Assembly (NCBI GenBank): GCA_048886185.1
Contig: JBHLKY010000020.1
Span: 12,392 to 44,391, forward strand
Length of the DNA stretch: 32,000 bases
Reading direction: 5' to 3'
From: Candidatus Hermodarchaeota archaeon
GTDB lineage: Archaea; Asgardarchaeota; Heimdallarchaeia; Hodarchaeales; Hodarchaeaceae
Part shown: positions 7,107-17,375 of the stretch, one piece after another
How positions within the stretch are numbered: the first letter of the stretch is position 1
Layout: every line of letters starts with the position of its first letter
Program-made: the position numbers and the translations under genes
The notes under the pieces: generated by a model
Seen by the model: only the letters and a program-made list of their open reading frames with translations
What the model was told of the DNA's origin: nothing
The model's database searches: none

Positions 7107-9172
7107 TAGTAAAACCTAGCAAGAATCGCGTTCTTTTGAATAGCTAAAGCCTTTTCTTTCTTTGGATCTTTCTGATGGAACTGATCCAAAATATACTCTA
7201 GACTCTCCTTATCTAGTTCATAAATCTTAGCCACCAACGAATCAATTGTCGCTTGGATATAAGCTCTGTTTAAAAGGGACTGATCTGAACAGCTTGTCCC
7301 AAACTGATTATTAAGGGTCTCAAATTTAGGAAATAGATCCGCAACGTTTCTTACAATCTCCTGATAGATAATGTCGTGCTTAGATAACCGTGGCACAGGC
7401 ATATCATAGATGAAAAACATGTTCAAATTTGTAGTGACTTTCAGTCGAAGCAAATAATCGAATACAAAACTATTGAATACTCCACACAAATATAATAAAT
7501 CGGATTCACTGATCAGTCTTCGCCCCTCTGGATCATAAATTTTAGTTACAATTAAAGAATTTCCACAACAAACATTGCGCGGTATGATTGAAGCAATCAT
7601 TGTTCTTCGATTAGTACTCGCAGCGACTGCTCGAAATCCCAAACGATATTCGCTAAAATCTTGGTAATGTGAACCAAACTTAGACATAACATGTTCTTTT
7701 AGGATCCAGTACCTTGGTTCTTTGAACTTATGGGTATATTGCTCAATCATCTTCCCTTCATAGAGTGTAAGCCCTTTTTGTTCTGTGTTAAATAAGCTAC
7801 TATCGAGTGAAATATCAAATTCCCTAAAAAAGTTAACCCTCCAAGAGTCAGGGATTGATACTCTTAGAGGAGGGTGCTGGTATAGTTTTTGTGTAAGTTC
7901 CACATCTCTGAATCTCTTGAATTCCAAAATAGACCATGATGAAGGGGATAAACACTTAATTATTTCCCATTCAATCGAAATTGTCTTACTATCAATTTCT
8001 TTAATAATATCTGGATCGTGTAACATAAAAGCTGCATCAAATAATCTTGTTTTTCCTTTTTTTCTAAAAATTAAGAGATCAAACTTGAAAGATTTATGAA
8101 TAGAGTGAAAAATACCTTTACGATTCTCAAAAGAATATAGTTTACGAACCTCATTTTTTTCGAATAACAACTCTCTTAATCCTTTAGTACCAGCATCAGT
8201 ATGGAACCCAGATGGAATTATAACTCCACAATATCCTTGAGGCTTTAATAGGCAATAGATCCTCTCAAGGAACAGTTTATAAAGATTAATATCCCCACTT
8301 ACCGTTTTCAACCTGTTACTTCCCAAAATTTTACCAGATTGATATTTGTATTCCTTTCGATAATAATTCTTAGTTATTGAGAATGATTGCTTATATTCTT
8401 GCCATTCCAATCTGATATCTTCTTTTTCAAGTAATTCATGTATGATTTGTTTCGCCTCTTTTTTATCAACACCATATTTTGTCAATCGAGAATCATATTG
8501 AGAAAAAAATTCCTTCTCAATTGGTTTATAGATATTCCAAGGAGGATTACCTATACATAAATCAAACCCTTTACTTTCAGTAATTTCAGGAAATTCTACG
8601 TTCCAATGGAAAGTTTTTAACTTAGGAAATTGTTTCTTTTGAAATTTCTTCTTACTTTCTATAGAACCTAGTAGTGAATTGCCACATCGAATGTTTGTAC
8701 TTATTTTGGAACTTACATTACTGTCATTATCCTTAATTAACTCCAAAAAGATGGAAAATCTAGTCCTACATTCATCAATCGCAAGAGGAGAGAGATCGAC
8801 ACCATAGATATTTTTCCCAATAATCCATTTTCTTATTTGAAATGAATCCCAATCACAAATATCAATCATAACTAGATAATCATATATTGTTTCTAGTGTT
8901 AATATTGCTTCTAAAAGAAAATGTCCTGTTCCCACTGCAGGATCAAGTATTTTAATGGTTTTTACAACATCCATTAGATATTGCAGTTGTTGCTTGTTTA
9001 ATTGATTTAAAATATTCTCAATGTCGCCTTTATATTGAAACTTCGTCCCAAAATGATCATTTACTTTGTCAAGAACATAAGGGAATATTGTATATCGACA
9101 AAGATATGTTGTTATATTTTTTGGGGTATATATAACACCTAAATCCTTGATTTTGAGTGAAGACATCCTCAC
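7106..9172 (-). CDS. N6-adenine DNA methyltransferase, Eco57I/type IIG-like MTase plus TRD, no nuclease domain seen
   Basis: Motif X GVIYTP, motif I DPAVGTGHFL, GVDLSP, motif IV GNPPW and a C-terminal TRD-like region. The likely start is the ATG at 9166-9164, preceded by AGGTGAGG. The stop overlaps the ARH start (TAATG). Confidence 0.88.
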   Translation of the reverse strand: MRMSSLKIKDLGVIYTPKNITTYLCRYTIFPYVLDKVNDHFGTKFQYKGDIENILNQLNKQQLQYLMDVVKTIKILDPAVGTGHFLLEAILTLETIYDYLVMIDICDWDSFQIRKWIIGKNIYGVDLSPLAIDECRTRFSIFLELIKDNDSNVSSKISTNIRCGNSLLGSIESKKKFQKKQFPKLKTFHWNVEFPEITESKGFDLCIGNPPWNIYKPIEKEFFSQYDSRLTKYGVDKKEAKQIIHELLEKEDIRLEWQEYKQSFSITKNYYRKEYKYQSGKILGSNRLKTVSGDINLYKLFLERIYCLLKPQGYCGVIIPSGFHTDAGTKGLRELLFEKNEVRKLYSFENRKGIFHSIHKSFKFDLLIFRKKGKTRLFDAAFMLHDPDIIKEIDSKTISIEWEIIKCLSPSSWSILEFKRFRDVELTQKLYQHPPLRVSIPDSWRVNFFREFDISLDSSLFNTEQKGLTLYEGKMIEQYTHKFKEPRYWILKEHVMSKFGSHYQDFSEYRLGFRAVAASTNRRTMIASIIPRNVCCGNSLIVTKIYDPEGRRLISESDLLYLCGVFNSFVFDYLLRLKVTTNLNMFFIYDMPVPRLSKHDIIYQEIVRNVADLFPKFETLNNQFGTSCSDQSLLNRAYIQATIDSLVAKIYELDKESLEYILDQFHQKDPKKEKALAIQKNAILARFY

Positions 9173-9284
9173 CTGTAAAACGCCAATCCGCGATTGTTGG
9201 TAATCTATTTTTATAATATTCTGTTTTGTTCTTAATTGAATATTTTTTGAGGAAAGCTGATAATTTAATCAATATCTAAAAAAT

Positions 9285-12200
9285 GTGTATTACATGATAG
9301 TGGATCGTAAAGCTAGGGATACCTACCAATTTGAAGACTCATTCTTCAACTCTCGGGGTTATGTTAATTTCCCTCACCTACATGACGTTCGGATATTTGT
9401 CCAAAAAATTAACCAAAAACGAGATCTTATAAATTTCCCAGAAATTGCGGTAAGAGGTAGTGAAATTAACGGTATTGCCCTTGAAACTGAAATTTTTCAC
9501 CACTTTTTTAATATCTATCAGAAAGAAACTGATGTCGATTTAATTGAAGAGATTCCGAAATGGTTAAGGGAAAAAATAGGTGCCGAAGAATTAAATGAGA
9601 CATTAAAATCAATGCTAGAGGAATTTCCTTCACCACCTATTTACAATGGTGAAATGGATATTGATACGTATCTAAAAGAAGAAACAGATGGAATTCCCAA
9701 TGTTTATATAACAATTTCATCAATGATCAATCTATGGCTAAGTAATTTTAATCCCGCCTTTTCAAACAACTTGGATCTATTTAATGATTCTGAATTAGAA
9801 AAGAAAACCAAATACTTGCAAATAATTAAGAATATTGAAGAGCTTTTTGATATTTTACCTTCTTTTGGCCCTGAAAACCAGAATTTCATCAAAATGTTAC
9901 ATTCATTAGCTATTGAGAAACCACATTCTATCAAAGGTCAATTAGAGTATATTAATGAAAAATGGGGATCTTTAATAACCCCATTTCGATTTAAAATACT
10001 ATTAGCCTTAGATCTCTTTAATGAGGAAGAGAAATTACGAGGAATAGGCCCAGGAAGAGCTCAAGTCTATGAATACGACTACTTAGACGAAAATTATACA
10101 CCTGATAAGGATTGGATGCCAAAAGTTGTTATGATAGCCAAGAATATTTATGTTTGGCTAAATCAACTCTCAAAAAAATACAAAAGGCCCATTCATAAAC
10201 TCAACCATATACCAGATGAAGAATTAGATCAATTTGCGGTATGGGGATTTAATGCATTGTGGCTTATTGGGGTTTGGGAAAGAAGTAGCGCTTCTAAAAC
10301 AATTAAACGTTGGTGTGGGAATCCTGAAGCAGAGGCATCTGCATACTCTTTATATGATTATGTCATTGCTCAGGATTTAGGAGGTAATGCTGCTTTAGAG
10401 AATTTAAAGAATCGTGCTTGGAATCGGGGAATCCGCATCTCATCAGATATGGTACCTAATCATACAGGAATCGATTCTAAATGGATGATGGAACATCCAG
10501 ATTGGTTTACTTCGCTTCCATATAACCCATTCCCAGCATACTCCTACAGTGGACAAAGTTTGTCCAATAATCCAAGAATAGGCATTTTCATTGAGGATCA
10601 TTACTTTTCACGAACAGATGCGGCAGTAACGTTCAAATGGGTAAACTATGAGAGTGGAGAGGTGCGATATATTTACCATGGGAATGATGGTACATCAATG
10701 GCTTGGAATGACACCGCTCAACTTAACTTTCTCCTACCAGAAGTACGAGAAGCAGTTATTCAAACAATATTACATGTAGCTCGAATGTTTCCCATTATTC
10801 GATTTGATGCAGCAATGACTCTGACAAAAAAACATTATCATAGATTGTGGTTCCCTCCGCCTGGAAGTGGAGGGGATATCCCTTCACGGGCTGAGCATGG
10901 ATTAAGTAAGCACGATTTTGACAAGGCAATGCCACAGGAATTTTGGCGGGATGTAGTTGATCGAATAAATCAAGAAGCTCCAGATACATTATTACTTGCA
11001 GAGGCTTTTTGGTTACTTGAGGGATTTTTTGTACGAACATTAGGCATGCATCGTGTATATAATTCTGCCTTTATGAACATGCTGAGAGACGAAGATAACG
11101 CTAAATATCGGTCTGTGATTAAGAATACTCTTGAATATGACCCTGAGATTTTGAAGCGATTTGTTAATTTTATGAATAATCCAGATGAAAAAACTGCTGT
11201 AGACCAATTTGGAAAAGGGGATAAGTATTTTGGAATATGCTTGCTTCTGGTTACAATGCCAGGCCTCCCAATGTTCGGTCATGGACAAATTGAGGGATTT
11301 GAAGAGAAATATGGAATGGAATATCGTCGTGCTTACTGGAATGAGGAAATCGATTATGGTTTCGTTCAGTACCACGAGAAAATTATTTTCCCTTTAATGA
11401 AAAAAAGACATCTATTTGCTAAGGTTGAAAATTTCCTTCTATATGATTTCTATACACCAAATGAGGCTGTTAATGAAGATGTTTTCGCTTTTTCAAATCG
11501 TTCAGTCAATGACCGATCTTTAGTAATATATCACAACAGATTTGCAAATACTAGCGGTTGGATAAAGACTTCAGCTGCCTTTGCATTAAAGAAAGGTGAT
11601 CAAACACAGCTTATTCAAAAGAATTTAACCGAGGGATTATTATTGCATCAAGAAGGAGATTTCTTTTGTATTTTCCGAGAGCACATTAAAGGTCTGGAGT
11701 ATATCCGTAGTAGTAAAGAAATCTATGAAAAAGGATTGTATTTCAAGTTAGGGGCTTATGAATCAGTAGTTTTACTTGACTTTCGTGAAGTTCAAGATGA
11801 TGAAAACAAGCATTATACACTCCTTAATAACTTCTTAATGGGTAGAGGTGTTTCTAATATTGATGAAACTCTTCAAGAGCTAGTTTATCATTCTCTTCAC
11901 AAAGCATTCAAGGAAATAGTAAATCCTACAGTCTTTAAAACAATCATAGAAGCAATGAATAAAAATAAATTACCAGAACTTGAGAATATTTTAGATATTA
12001 TTGATTCAAAGTTACTCCATCTCCAGAAGGAGGTAGCAGAGTACTCTTCAAGCGATATTACTGATTTAGATTTAAAAAAAGAAATTAGTAATAAGCTTCG
12101 CAATCTTATCAAAATAAAAACAGTTATTAACAAAGTAACCTATTTATCTGAAATATCGGATGAATTACAGGAATATTTAAAGGAAAGCTTTTCATTTAAT

Positions 12201-12734
12201 CATGATTGGAGCCTCATCTTGTCATGGATATTTGTACACTTACTTGGAAAGGTTGCAAATCCTGTTAATTATGAACTTAAAAGCAGGAGCTGGATAGATG
12301 AGTGGGGACTCGGTAGAATAGTTGAATTATCATTAAAAGAGTTCTATGAGAAACAAACATCTATTATGGAGTCCTTAGTTTTAATAAAAATTCTAACCTC
12401 GCATCAAAATTGGTATGGACAAGTAAGAGAAACAAAGTACCAAGCTTCTCAAATCATGAGAATTATTATGAGTGATTTGGAGGTTCAATCTTACATCCAA
12501 ACTAATCGGTACAAGAATATTCTATGGTTCAATCAAGAATCCTTTGAAAATCTCGTTCAATGGTTATTCAAAATCTCAGTAATAAATTCTTACCCACAGA
12601 AAAAAGAAGAAGATCTTGCACAAAACCTGGAGAATCATTATAGAATTACAAAAATTTGGTTAAGAGCAGCTAAAAACTCTAATTACCAAGTTGAAAAGTT
12701 ATTCGATATTCTTGAGGGGATTGAAATTCTCTGA
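9285..12734 (+). CDS. Large multidomain GH13 alpha-amylase-family glycoside hydrolase
   Basis: Region I DMVPNH, region II IRFDAAM, region III LLAEAFW and region IV FMNNPDE, with long N- and C-terminal extensions and no signal peptide. The start may be the ATG at 9294. Confidence 0.88.
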   Translation: MYYMIVDRKARDTYQFEDSFFNSRGYVNFPHLHDVRIFVQKINQKRDLINFPEIAVRGSEINGIALETEIFHHFFNIYQKETDVDLIEEIPKWLREKIGAEELNETLKSMLEEFPSPPIYNGEMDIDTYLKEETDGIPNVYITISSMINLWLSNFNPAFSNNLDLFNDSELEKKTKYLQIIKNIEELFDILPSFGPENQNFIKMLHSLAIEKPHSIKGQLEYINEKWGSLITPFRFKILLALDLFNEEEKLRGIGPGRAQVYEYDYLDENYTPDKDWMPKVVMIAKNIYVWLNQLSKKYKRPIHKLNHIPDEELDQFAVWGFNALWLIGVWERSSASKTIKRWCGNPEAEASAYSLYDYVIAQDLGGNAALENLKNRAWNRGIRISSDMVPNHTGIDSKWMMEHPDWFTSLPYNPFPAYSYSGQSLSNNPRIGIFIEDHYFSRTDAAVTFKWVNYESGEVRYIYHGNDGTSMAWNDTAQLNFLLPEVREAVIQTILHVARMFPIIRFDAAMTLTKKHYHRLWFPPPGSGGDIPSRAEHGLSKHDFDKAMPQEFWRDVVDRINQEAPDTLLLAEAFWLLEGFFVRTLGMHRVYNSAFMNMLRDEDNAKYRSVIKNTLEYDPEILKRFVNFMNNPDEKTAVDQFGKGDKYFGICLLLVTMPGLPMFGHGQIEGFEEKYGMEYRRAYWNEEIDYGFVQYHEKIIFPLMKKRHLFAKVENFLLYDFYTPNEAVNEDVFAFSNRSVNDRSLVIYHNRFANTSGWIKTSAAFALKKGDQTQLIQKNLTEGLLLHQEGDFFCIFREHIKGLEYIRSSKEIYEKGLYFKLGAYESVVLLDFREVQDDENKHYTLLNNFLMGRGVSNIDETLQELVYHSLHKAFKEIVNPTVFKTIIEAMNKNKLPELENILDIIDSKLLHLQKEVAEYSSSDITDLDLKKEISNKLRNLIKIKTVINKVTYLSEISDELQEYLKESFSFNHDWSLILSWIFVHLLGKVANPVNYELKSRSWIDEWGLGRIVELSLKEFYEKQTSIMESLVLIKILTSHQNWYGQVRETKYQASQIMRIIMSDLEVQSYIQTNRYKNILWFNQESFENLVQWLFKISVINSYPQKKEEDLAQNLENHYRITKIWLRAAKNSNYQVEKLFDILEGIEIL

Positions 12735-12770
12735 AAGCTTGATTTCTTTATGCTTATGTAAATCTCGATT

Positions 12771-13751
12771 CTATAGTAGATCTGCTTTTTTTAAATAAAA
12801 CCATATTGGAACTATTAAAATTGCACTAAGGATCAAGATTATCCAAAAAGAGAAAGGACTATTTGCCAAAGGCAAAAAACTAAAATCAGACCCTAAATTC
12901 ATTCCATACAAGGAAGCAATAAGAGTAGGAACCATAAGAATTAAACTAATTGAAGCTAATACCTTCAAAAGATCATTTTGATTGTTAGAAATGATAGATG
13001 AGAACGCATCAAGACTAGATTCAATGAGATCACGGTAAATCCTGAGAAGATCAGCCTGTTGCTGAAGGTCAATTGCTAAATCTTCTAGATCATCAAGAAA
13101 TTCAGTATGATCCTCAAATTGTGGTGCTTTCTTCAAACCATAAAAGGCACGGAGGTTACCTCTTAAGGCAGCATCGAGATAGGTGGCATCTCTCGATAAT
13201 CGGAATACCTCTTCAATTGAAGAACTTCTAATTGATTGAAAAATAACCCTTTCGACGTTTTCTAAATCTTGATCTATTATATCCACTTTAAGCTCGAAAG
13301 ATTTAACCACGGTTTCAAGATAATCAAGTAGTACTAGGATAGTTGGTGTGGCCCTTTTTCTACGAGAACCAATCGGTTTTCTAATTCGTTTTGTTCTGAG
13401 TTTAGCGCTCTGAATGGTGATTAAATGATTTTCTGTTAAAAAAACGACTGCTGGTTGTGTTGATGGTGGAAGTTGTTCTTCTTCTTCTCTAAAATTTTCT
13501 AATGCAGGAACTCGTAAGACAAGTTTGAGAAATGGGGGTTTATAATCAGGTTCTAGTTCCAATCGAGGCCGCTCATCCTCATCTAATGCATCTTCTAAAT
13601 CTTCATAGGGAATATGAAAGGTTTGTTGGATCGTATGAAGTTCATCTTTGGTTGGATTAGTGCAAATAAGCCAAGTAGGAATTTTAGGGGTTATTCCTGG
13701 AACAAAATCAGTGTATGTTAACCCACTTTCTAAATCCTTGATTTCTATCAT
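12771..13751 (-). CDS. corA: CorA-family Mg2+/Co2+ transporter
   Basis: DALDEDERPRLE, a long soluble domain, then two C-terminal TM helices with the YGMN signature. Confidence 0.92.
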   Translation of the reverse strand: MIEIKDLESGLTYTDFVPGITPKIPTWLICTNPTKDELHTIQQTFHIPYEDLEDALDEDERPRLELEPDYKPPFLKLVLRVPALENFREEEEQLPPSTQPAVVFLTENHLITIQSAKLRTKRIRKPIGSRRKRATPTILVLLDYLETVVKSFELKVDIIDQDLENVERVIFQSIRSSSIEEVFRLSRDATYLDAALRGNLRAFYGLKKAPQFEDHTEFLDDLEDLAIDLQQQADLLRIYRDLIESSLDAFSSIISNNQNDLLKVLASISLILMVPTLIASLYGMNLGSDFSFLPLANSPFSFWIILILSAILIVPIWFYLKKADLL

Positions 13752-13854
13752 GATAAGACCACCAATGTAAAGACCTACAATTCTATGGTTAGTAACAGCG
13801 TAAAGACTTGTGGAATATTCTGTTATATTTTTCTTTACGTTTAGTTCTTATCTA

Positions 13855-14793
13855 CTACATAAGAAGTCTAGGATGAAAAACCTTTAAAGCTTTTTTAATA
13901 CGGTCAATTTCATCATTTGATAATTCAAATTCAGTGGAATTCACATTTCCCTCCAATTGAGCTAAATTCTTTGCACCAGGAATTGCTATCACTGATGGAT
14001 TCTTAATCACCCAATTGAGTGCAATTTGAGCCATAGTAGTCTGATGATCCTCAGCAATTTCTCTAATAATAGATAACAATTGCTCTCCACGCTTAAAGTT
14101 CCTCTTTGAAAATAATCTGTTAGTTCGTCGAATACCTTTGGGTGAGTTATCAGCAGAATATTTTCCTGTTAACCATCCTTGAGCGAGAGGACTATAAGCC
14201 ATTAATGTCATTCTTTCTCGTTGGACATATGGAAGAAGATCTTTTGCTGCTTTATTCTTGGCTATGCTATAATTTACTTGATTTACTTGCAATCGATGAT
14301 TCTGCATTTTTTTCTGGGCATTCTGCAGCCTCTTCTGATTAAAATTACTCACTCCAATATAGCGAATTAATCCATCATCAGCCATTTTTTCCATTTGATT
14401 GAGAACTCGGCCAATAAACCAAGGAGCAGGCCAATGAATTAAGTATATATCAATATAATCTGTTTGTAGCCTTTTAAGACTCTTATTCAAAGCTCTTACG
14501 ACAGCAGAGGACCTGATTGCTGTTGGCATGAATTTAGTCGAAATAATGAGGTTTTCACGATCGTAATCCTTTATTGCTTCACCTATTATTATTTCAGATT
14601 TTCCTTGACCATATACTTCAGCGGTGTCTATTATATTAATCCCTAATTCTAATGCTTTCTTAACAATTGAAATAGCATCAGCTTTGTTAAAATCAGTACC
14701 ATAACCCCAGCTTTTAGATCCGAATTGCCATGTTCCTAATCCAATTTGGGAGGCCTTTACATCTGTGTTTCCTATAACAGAAAATTTCATCAT
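13855..14793 (-). CDS. Aldo/keto reductase
   Basis: IGLGTWQFG, DTAEVYG, STK, LIHWP, IGVSNF and AYSPLAQG. The catalytic D/Y/K/H tetrad is intact. Confidence 0.93.
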   Translation of the reverse strand: MMKFSVIGNTDVKASQIGLGTWQFGSKSWGYGTDFNKADAISIVKKALELGINIIDTAEVYGQGKSEIIIGEAIKDYDRENLIISTKFMPTAIRSSAVVRALNKSLKRLQTDYIDIYLIHWPAPWFIGRVLNQMEKMADDGLIRYIGVSNFNQKRLQNAQKKMQNHRLQVNQVNYSIAKNKAAKDLLPYVQRERMTLMAYSPLAQGWLTGKYSADNSPKGIRRTNRLFSKRNFKRGEQLLSIIREIAEDHQTTMAQIALNWVIKNPSVIAIPGAKNLAQLEGNVNSTEFELSNDEIDRIKKALKVFHPRLLM

Positions 14794-14996
14794 AACCCAT
14801 TGGATACTTTTTGTGATAAACTCTTAAAAATTTAGTTTCAATTATTCGAAATATGATTTAATTGGTTTATAATTCAATGAGAGGTTATTCTAGCTTTTAT
14901 TTTAAACATTTCTGCTTATATTTGAATAAAACTGTGAATTAAAACTCGGTAAACATTGAAATAATCACCATATTATTCTGTGATCCATAATATTTT

Positions 14997-16133
14997 ATGA
15001 GGAAAATGAAAATGAAGTTAAACATCGATCAATTAGAAGCATGGACTAATGCTTTTGGCCCATCAGGCTTTGAACATGAAGTAGCAAAACTCATTAAAGA
15101 ATATGTCACCCAATTTGTTGATGAAGTTTCTCAAGATAAGACAGGTTCAATTATTTTCCGAAAAGGCAATCAAGGGCCTAAAATTATGCTTGCAGGCCAT
15201 ATGGATGAAATAGGTTTCATAATAACAGGGATCAATAAGCAAGGGTATCTCACTTTTAATCAACTTGGTGGGTGGTGGGATCAAACTCTTTTAAGTCAGA
15301 GAGTTATCATAAAAGTACGAGATGGCTCGAAAATCACAGGTATTATTGTTGCTAAACCACCTCATATACTTGATCCTGAAGAAAGGAAAAAAGTCGTGGT
15401 TAAAACAAAGATGTACATTGATGTTGGATGTAAAAGCAAAAAGGAAGTTGAAGCCCTTGGTATTAAAATCGGTGATCCAGCTGTACCTGATAGCAAATTC
15501 GAACTATTAAAACGTACACAGATAACAAAAGAGAAGGACGAGGAAAAAAAGAAAGAAGTAACATTAGCAATGGCCAAAGGTTTTGATGACCGAATAGGTG
15601 CTTTTATTGCAGCGGAAGTTATGCGACGCTTGAAAGAGGAGAATATTGAGCATCCAAACCAGATTTTTGGTGTTGCTACAGTTCAAGAAGAAGTTGGATT
15701 ACGAGGCGCTCGTACTGCCGCCCATGTCATCCAACCTGATATTGGATTTGCTTTGGAAGTAGATATTGCTGGAGATGTACCAGAAGTTGAGAAGACCAAA
15801 GCTCCATCAGAAATGTCCAAAGGAGTTTCAATTCTGACTGCAGACGCGTCTATGATACCGAATCCAAGATTAAAACACTTCGTATTAGATATCGCAAAGA
15901 AAAAGGGGATAACTCATCAACTGTCCATAGTTTTAGGAGGAGGGACTGATGCTGGAATGATTCACATAACAGGTGCAGGTTGTCCTTCTCTAGTGATTAG
16001 TGTACCTACGAGACACATCCATTCACATAATGGAATATTAGATCTGGGAGACGTGGAAGAAGCAGTGAAACTGCTTGTGGAAGTCGTTAAGAAGCTTGAT
16101 CAGAAAACTGTTGAGTCATTCACTCAGATATAA
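14997..16133 (+). CDS. M42-family aminopeptidase (TET/FrvX-like)
   Basis: AGHMDEIG, FDDRIG, VQEEVGLRGA, EVD and RHIHS metal ligands. Confidence 0.93.
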   Translation: MRKMKMKLNIDQLEAWTNAFGPSGFEHEVAKLIKEYVTQFVDEVSQDKTGSIIFRKGNQGPKIMLAGHMDEIGFIITGINKQGYLTFNQLGGWWDQTLLSQRVIIKVRDGSKITGIIVAKPPHILDPEERKKVVVKTKMYIDVGCKSKKEVEALGIKIGDPAVPDSKFELLKRTQITKEKDEEKKKEVTLAMAKGFDDRIGAFIAAEVMRRLKEENIEHPNQIFGVATVQEEVGLRGARTAAHVIQPDIGFALEVDIAGDVPEVEKTKAPSEMSKGVSILTADASMIPNPRLKHFVLDIAKKKGITHQLSIVLGGGTDAGMIHITGAGCPSLVISVPTRHIHSHNGILDLGDVEEAVKLLVEVVKKLDQKTVESFTQI

Positions 16134-16141
16134 AAAAAGGA

Positions 16142-16178
16142 AAGGATGAATTAATGGGATTCATCCTTATTTTTTTTT
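16142..16178 (+). terminator. Stem-loop plus T-tract terminator after the M42 gene
   Basis: Perfect 10-bp stem AAGGATGAAT (16142-16151) / ATTCATCCTT (16159-16168) with a 7-nt loop. It is followed by a T run and preceded by an A run. Confidence 0.7.
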
Positions 16179-16232
16179 CTTCCCACCTCAAGGGTTTTCA
16201 ATGAAGTAAAGATCAAAGAAATTACCCAGCTC

Positions 16233-17360
16233 TTGGAATCTATTCACATGAAACTCAATAGCTCTAATATTAGATGGATCATGAAATTAACAAAACCAGA
16301 GCGAGATAAAGGGTATACACGAACATTTTACTCGTACCCAGCAAAGTTTCAAGCGAAATTACCAAGAGGATTGATTGAACGATTTACTACTGAGGGAGAT
16401 CTTGTTCTAGATCCATTTGTAGGAGGGGGAACTACTGGATTAGAAGCAATGCTTCTAGATAGAAGATTTCTTGGATATGACATCAATCCATTTGCAATTC
16501 TCGTTTCTAGTGTAAAAACTACCTATCTTGATTCTAATATCTTAAAAGCTTATCTTGTAACAATACTTTCACAAGTAAGTGAAACGATAGACCCTAAATG
16601 CGATATTCTAGATTATGAGGATAAAGTATGCCTCGGATCTTCGATTTCAAATGAAATTAATTCTATTTTTGCAATGATTTCAACCATTTCTAAGGAGCTT
16701 TCTTTTAAACAATTTTTTGAACTAGCTCTTATCCATTCCATCAAAATTGTTGGAAGAAGGGATTTTGAAATCAAAAATAAAAATATCTCTATTATTCCAA
16801 TCTTTGAACGTAAAGCAAGTAAAATGATACGAGAAATTTCATCCCTTCCACGAAGCCCTAAATTTACCCCCGTTTTTAAATTGGCTTCAAACCAATATAT
16901 GGAACAAGAAAATGACTCAGTTGACTTAATAGTGACTTCACCTCCCTATAAAGACAAGGACATTGAATATCAAAAAGTTCAGATCCAAAGACGATCTTTG
17001 AGGAAGTCAAAACGATCTGATGTGATTTCTAATATACTGAAAATCAATCCTCTTTCAAAAATAGAACTCTGTTGGACTGGTAGATCTGGAAGAAATTATT
17101 GGGAGAACAGTCTAAAATCACTGAAAGAGTGTTACCGACTGCTTAAACCTCTTAAATATGCCTTTTTTTGGCTTGGTTTCAAAAATACATCTGATATACA
17201 AACATTTGAATTACAGTTAACAAAGGTAGGTTTTCAAGTTTTAAAGTCAATTCGAGTGAGATTAAGCGATGATCGTGCTGCTTCAGGGCGTTCAACTCAT
17301 CATGGAAAATCAACAGGAATGATGAGTCATGATTACCTTTTTACCGTTGGAAAAGAATAG
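16233..17360 (+). CDS. Orphan DNA methyltransferase, probably N4-cytosine (motif I before SPPY)
   Basis: YPAKF, VLDPFVGGGTT (motif I), GYDINP and DLIVTSPPY (motif IV). The TTG start is uncertain, with in-frame ATGs a few codons downstream. Confidence 0.85.
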   Translation: MESIHMKLNSSNIRWIMKLTKPERDKGYTRTFYSYPAKFQAKLPRGLIERFTTEGDLVLDPFVGGGTTGLEAMLLDRRFLGYDINPFAILVSSVKTTYLDSNILKAYLVTILSQVSETIDPKCDILDYEDKVCLGSSISNEINSIFAMISTISKELSFKQFFELALIHSIKIVGRRDFEIKNKNISIIPIFERKASKMIREISSLPRSPKFTPVFKLASNQYMEQENDSVDLIVTSPPYKDKDIEYQKVQIQRRSLRKSKRSDVISNILKINPLSKIELCWTGRSGRNYWENSLKSLKECYRLLKPLKYAFFWLGFKNTSDIQTFELQLTKVGFQVLKSIRVRLSDDRAASGRSTHHGKSTGMMSHDYLFTVGKE

Positions 17361-17375
17361 AGAATGAAGGCTTTA

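Noticed and set aside
9069-9272. 67-aa minus-strand ORF overlapping the MTase start, considered as a frameshifted N-terminal extension
   Set aside because: No nuclease-like motif. It runs through the divergent promoter, and the MTase has its own SD-like AGGTGAGG before the ATG at 9166.
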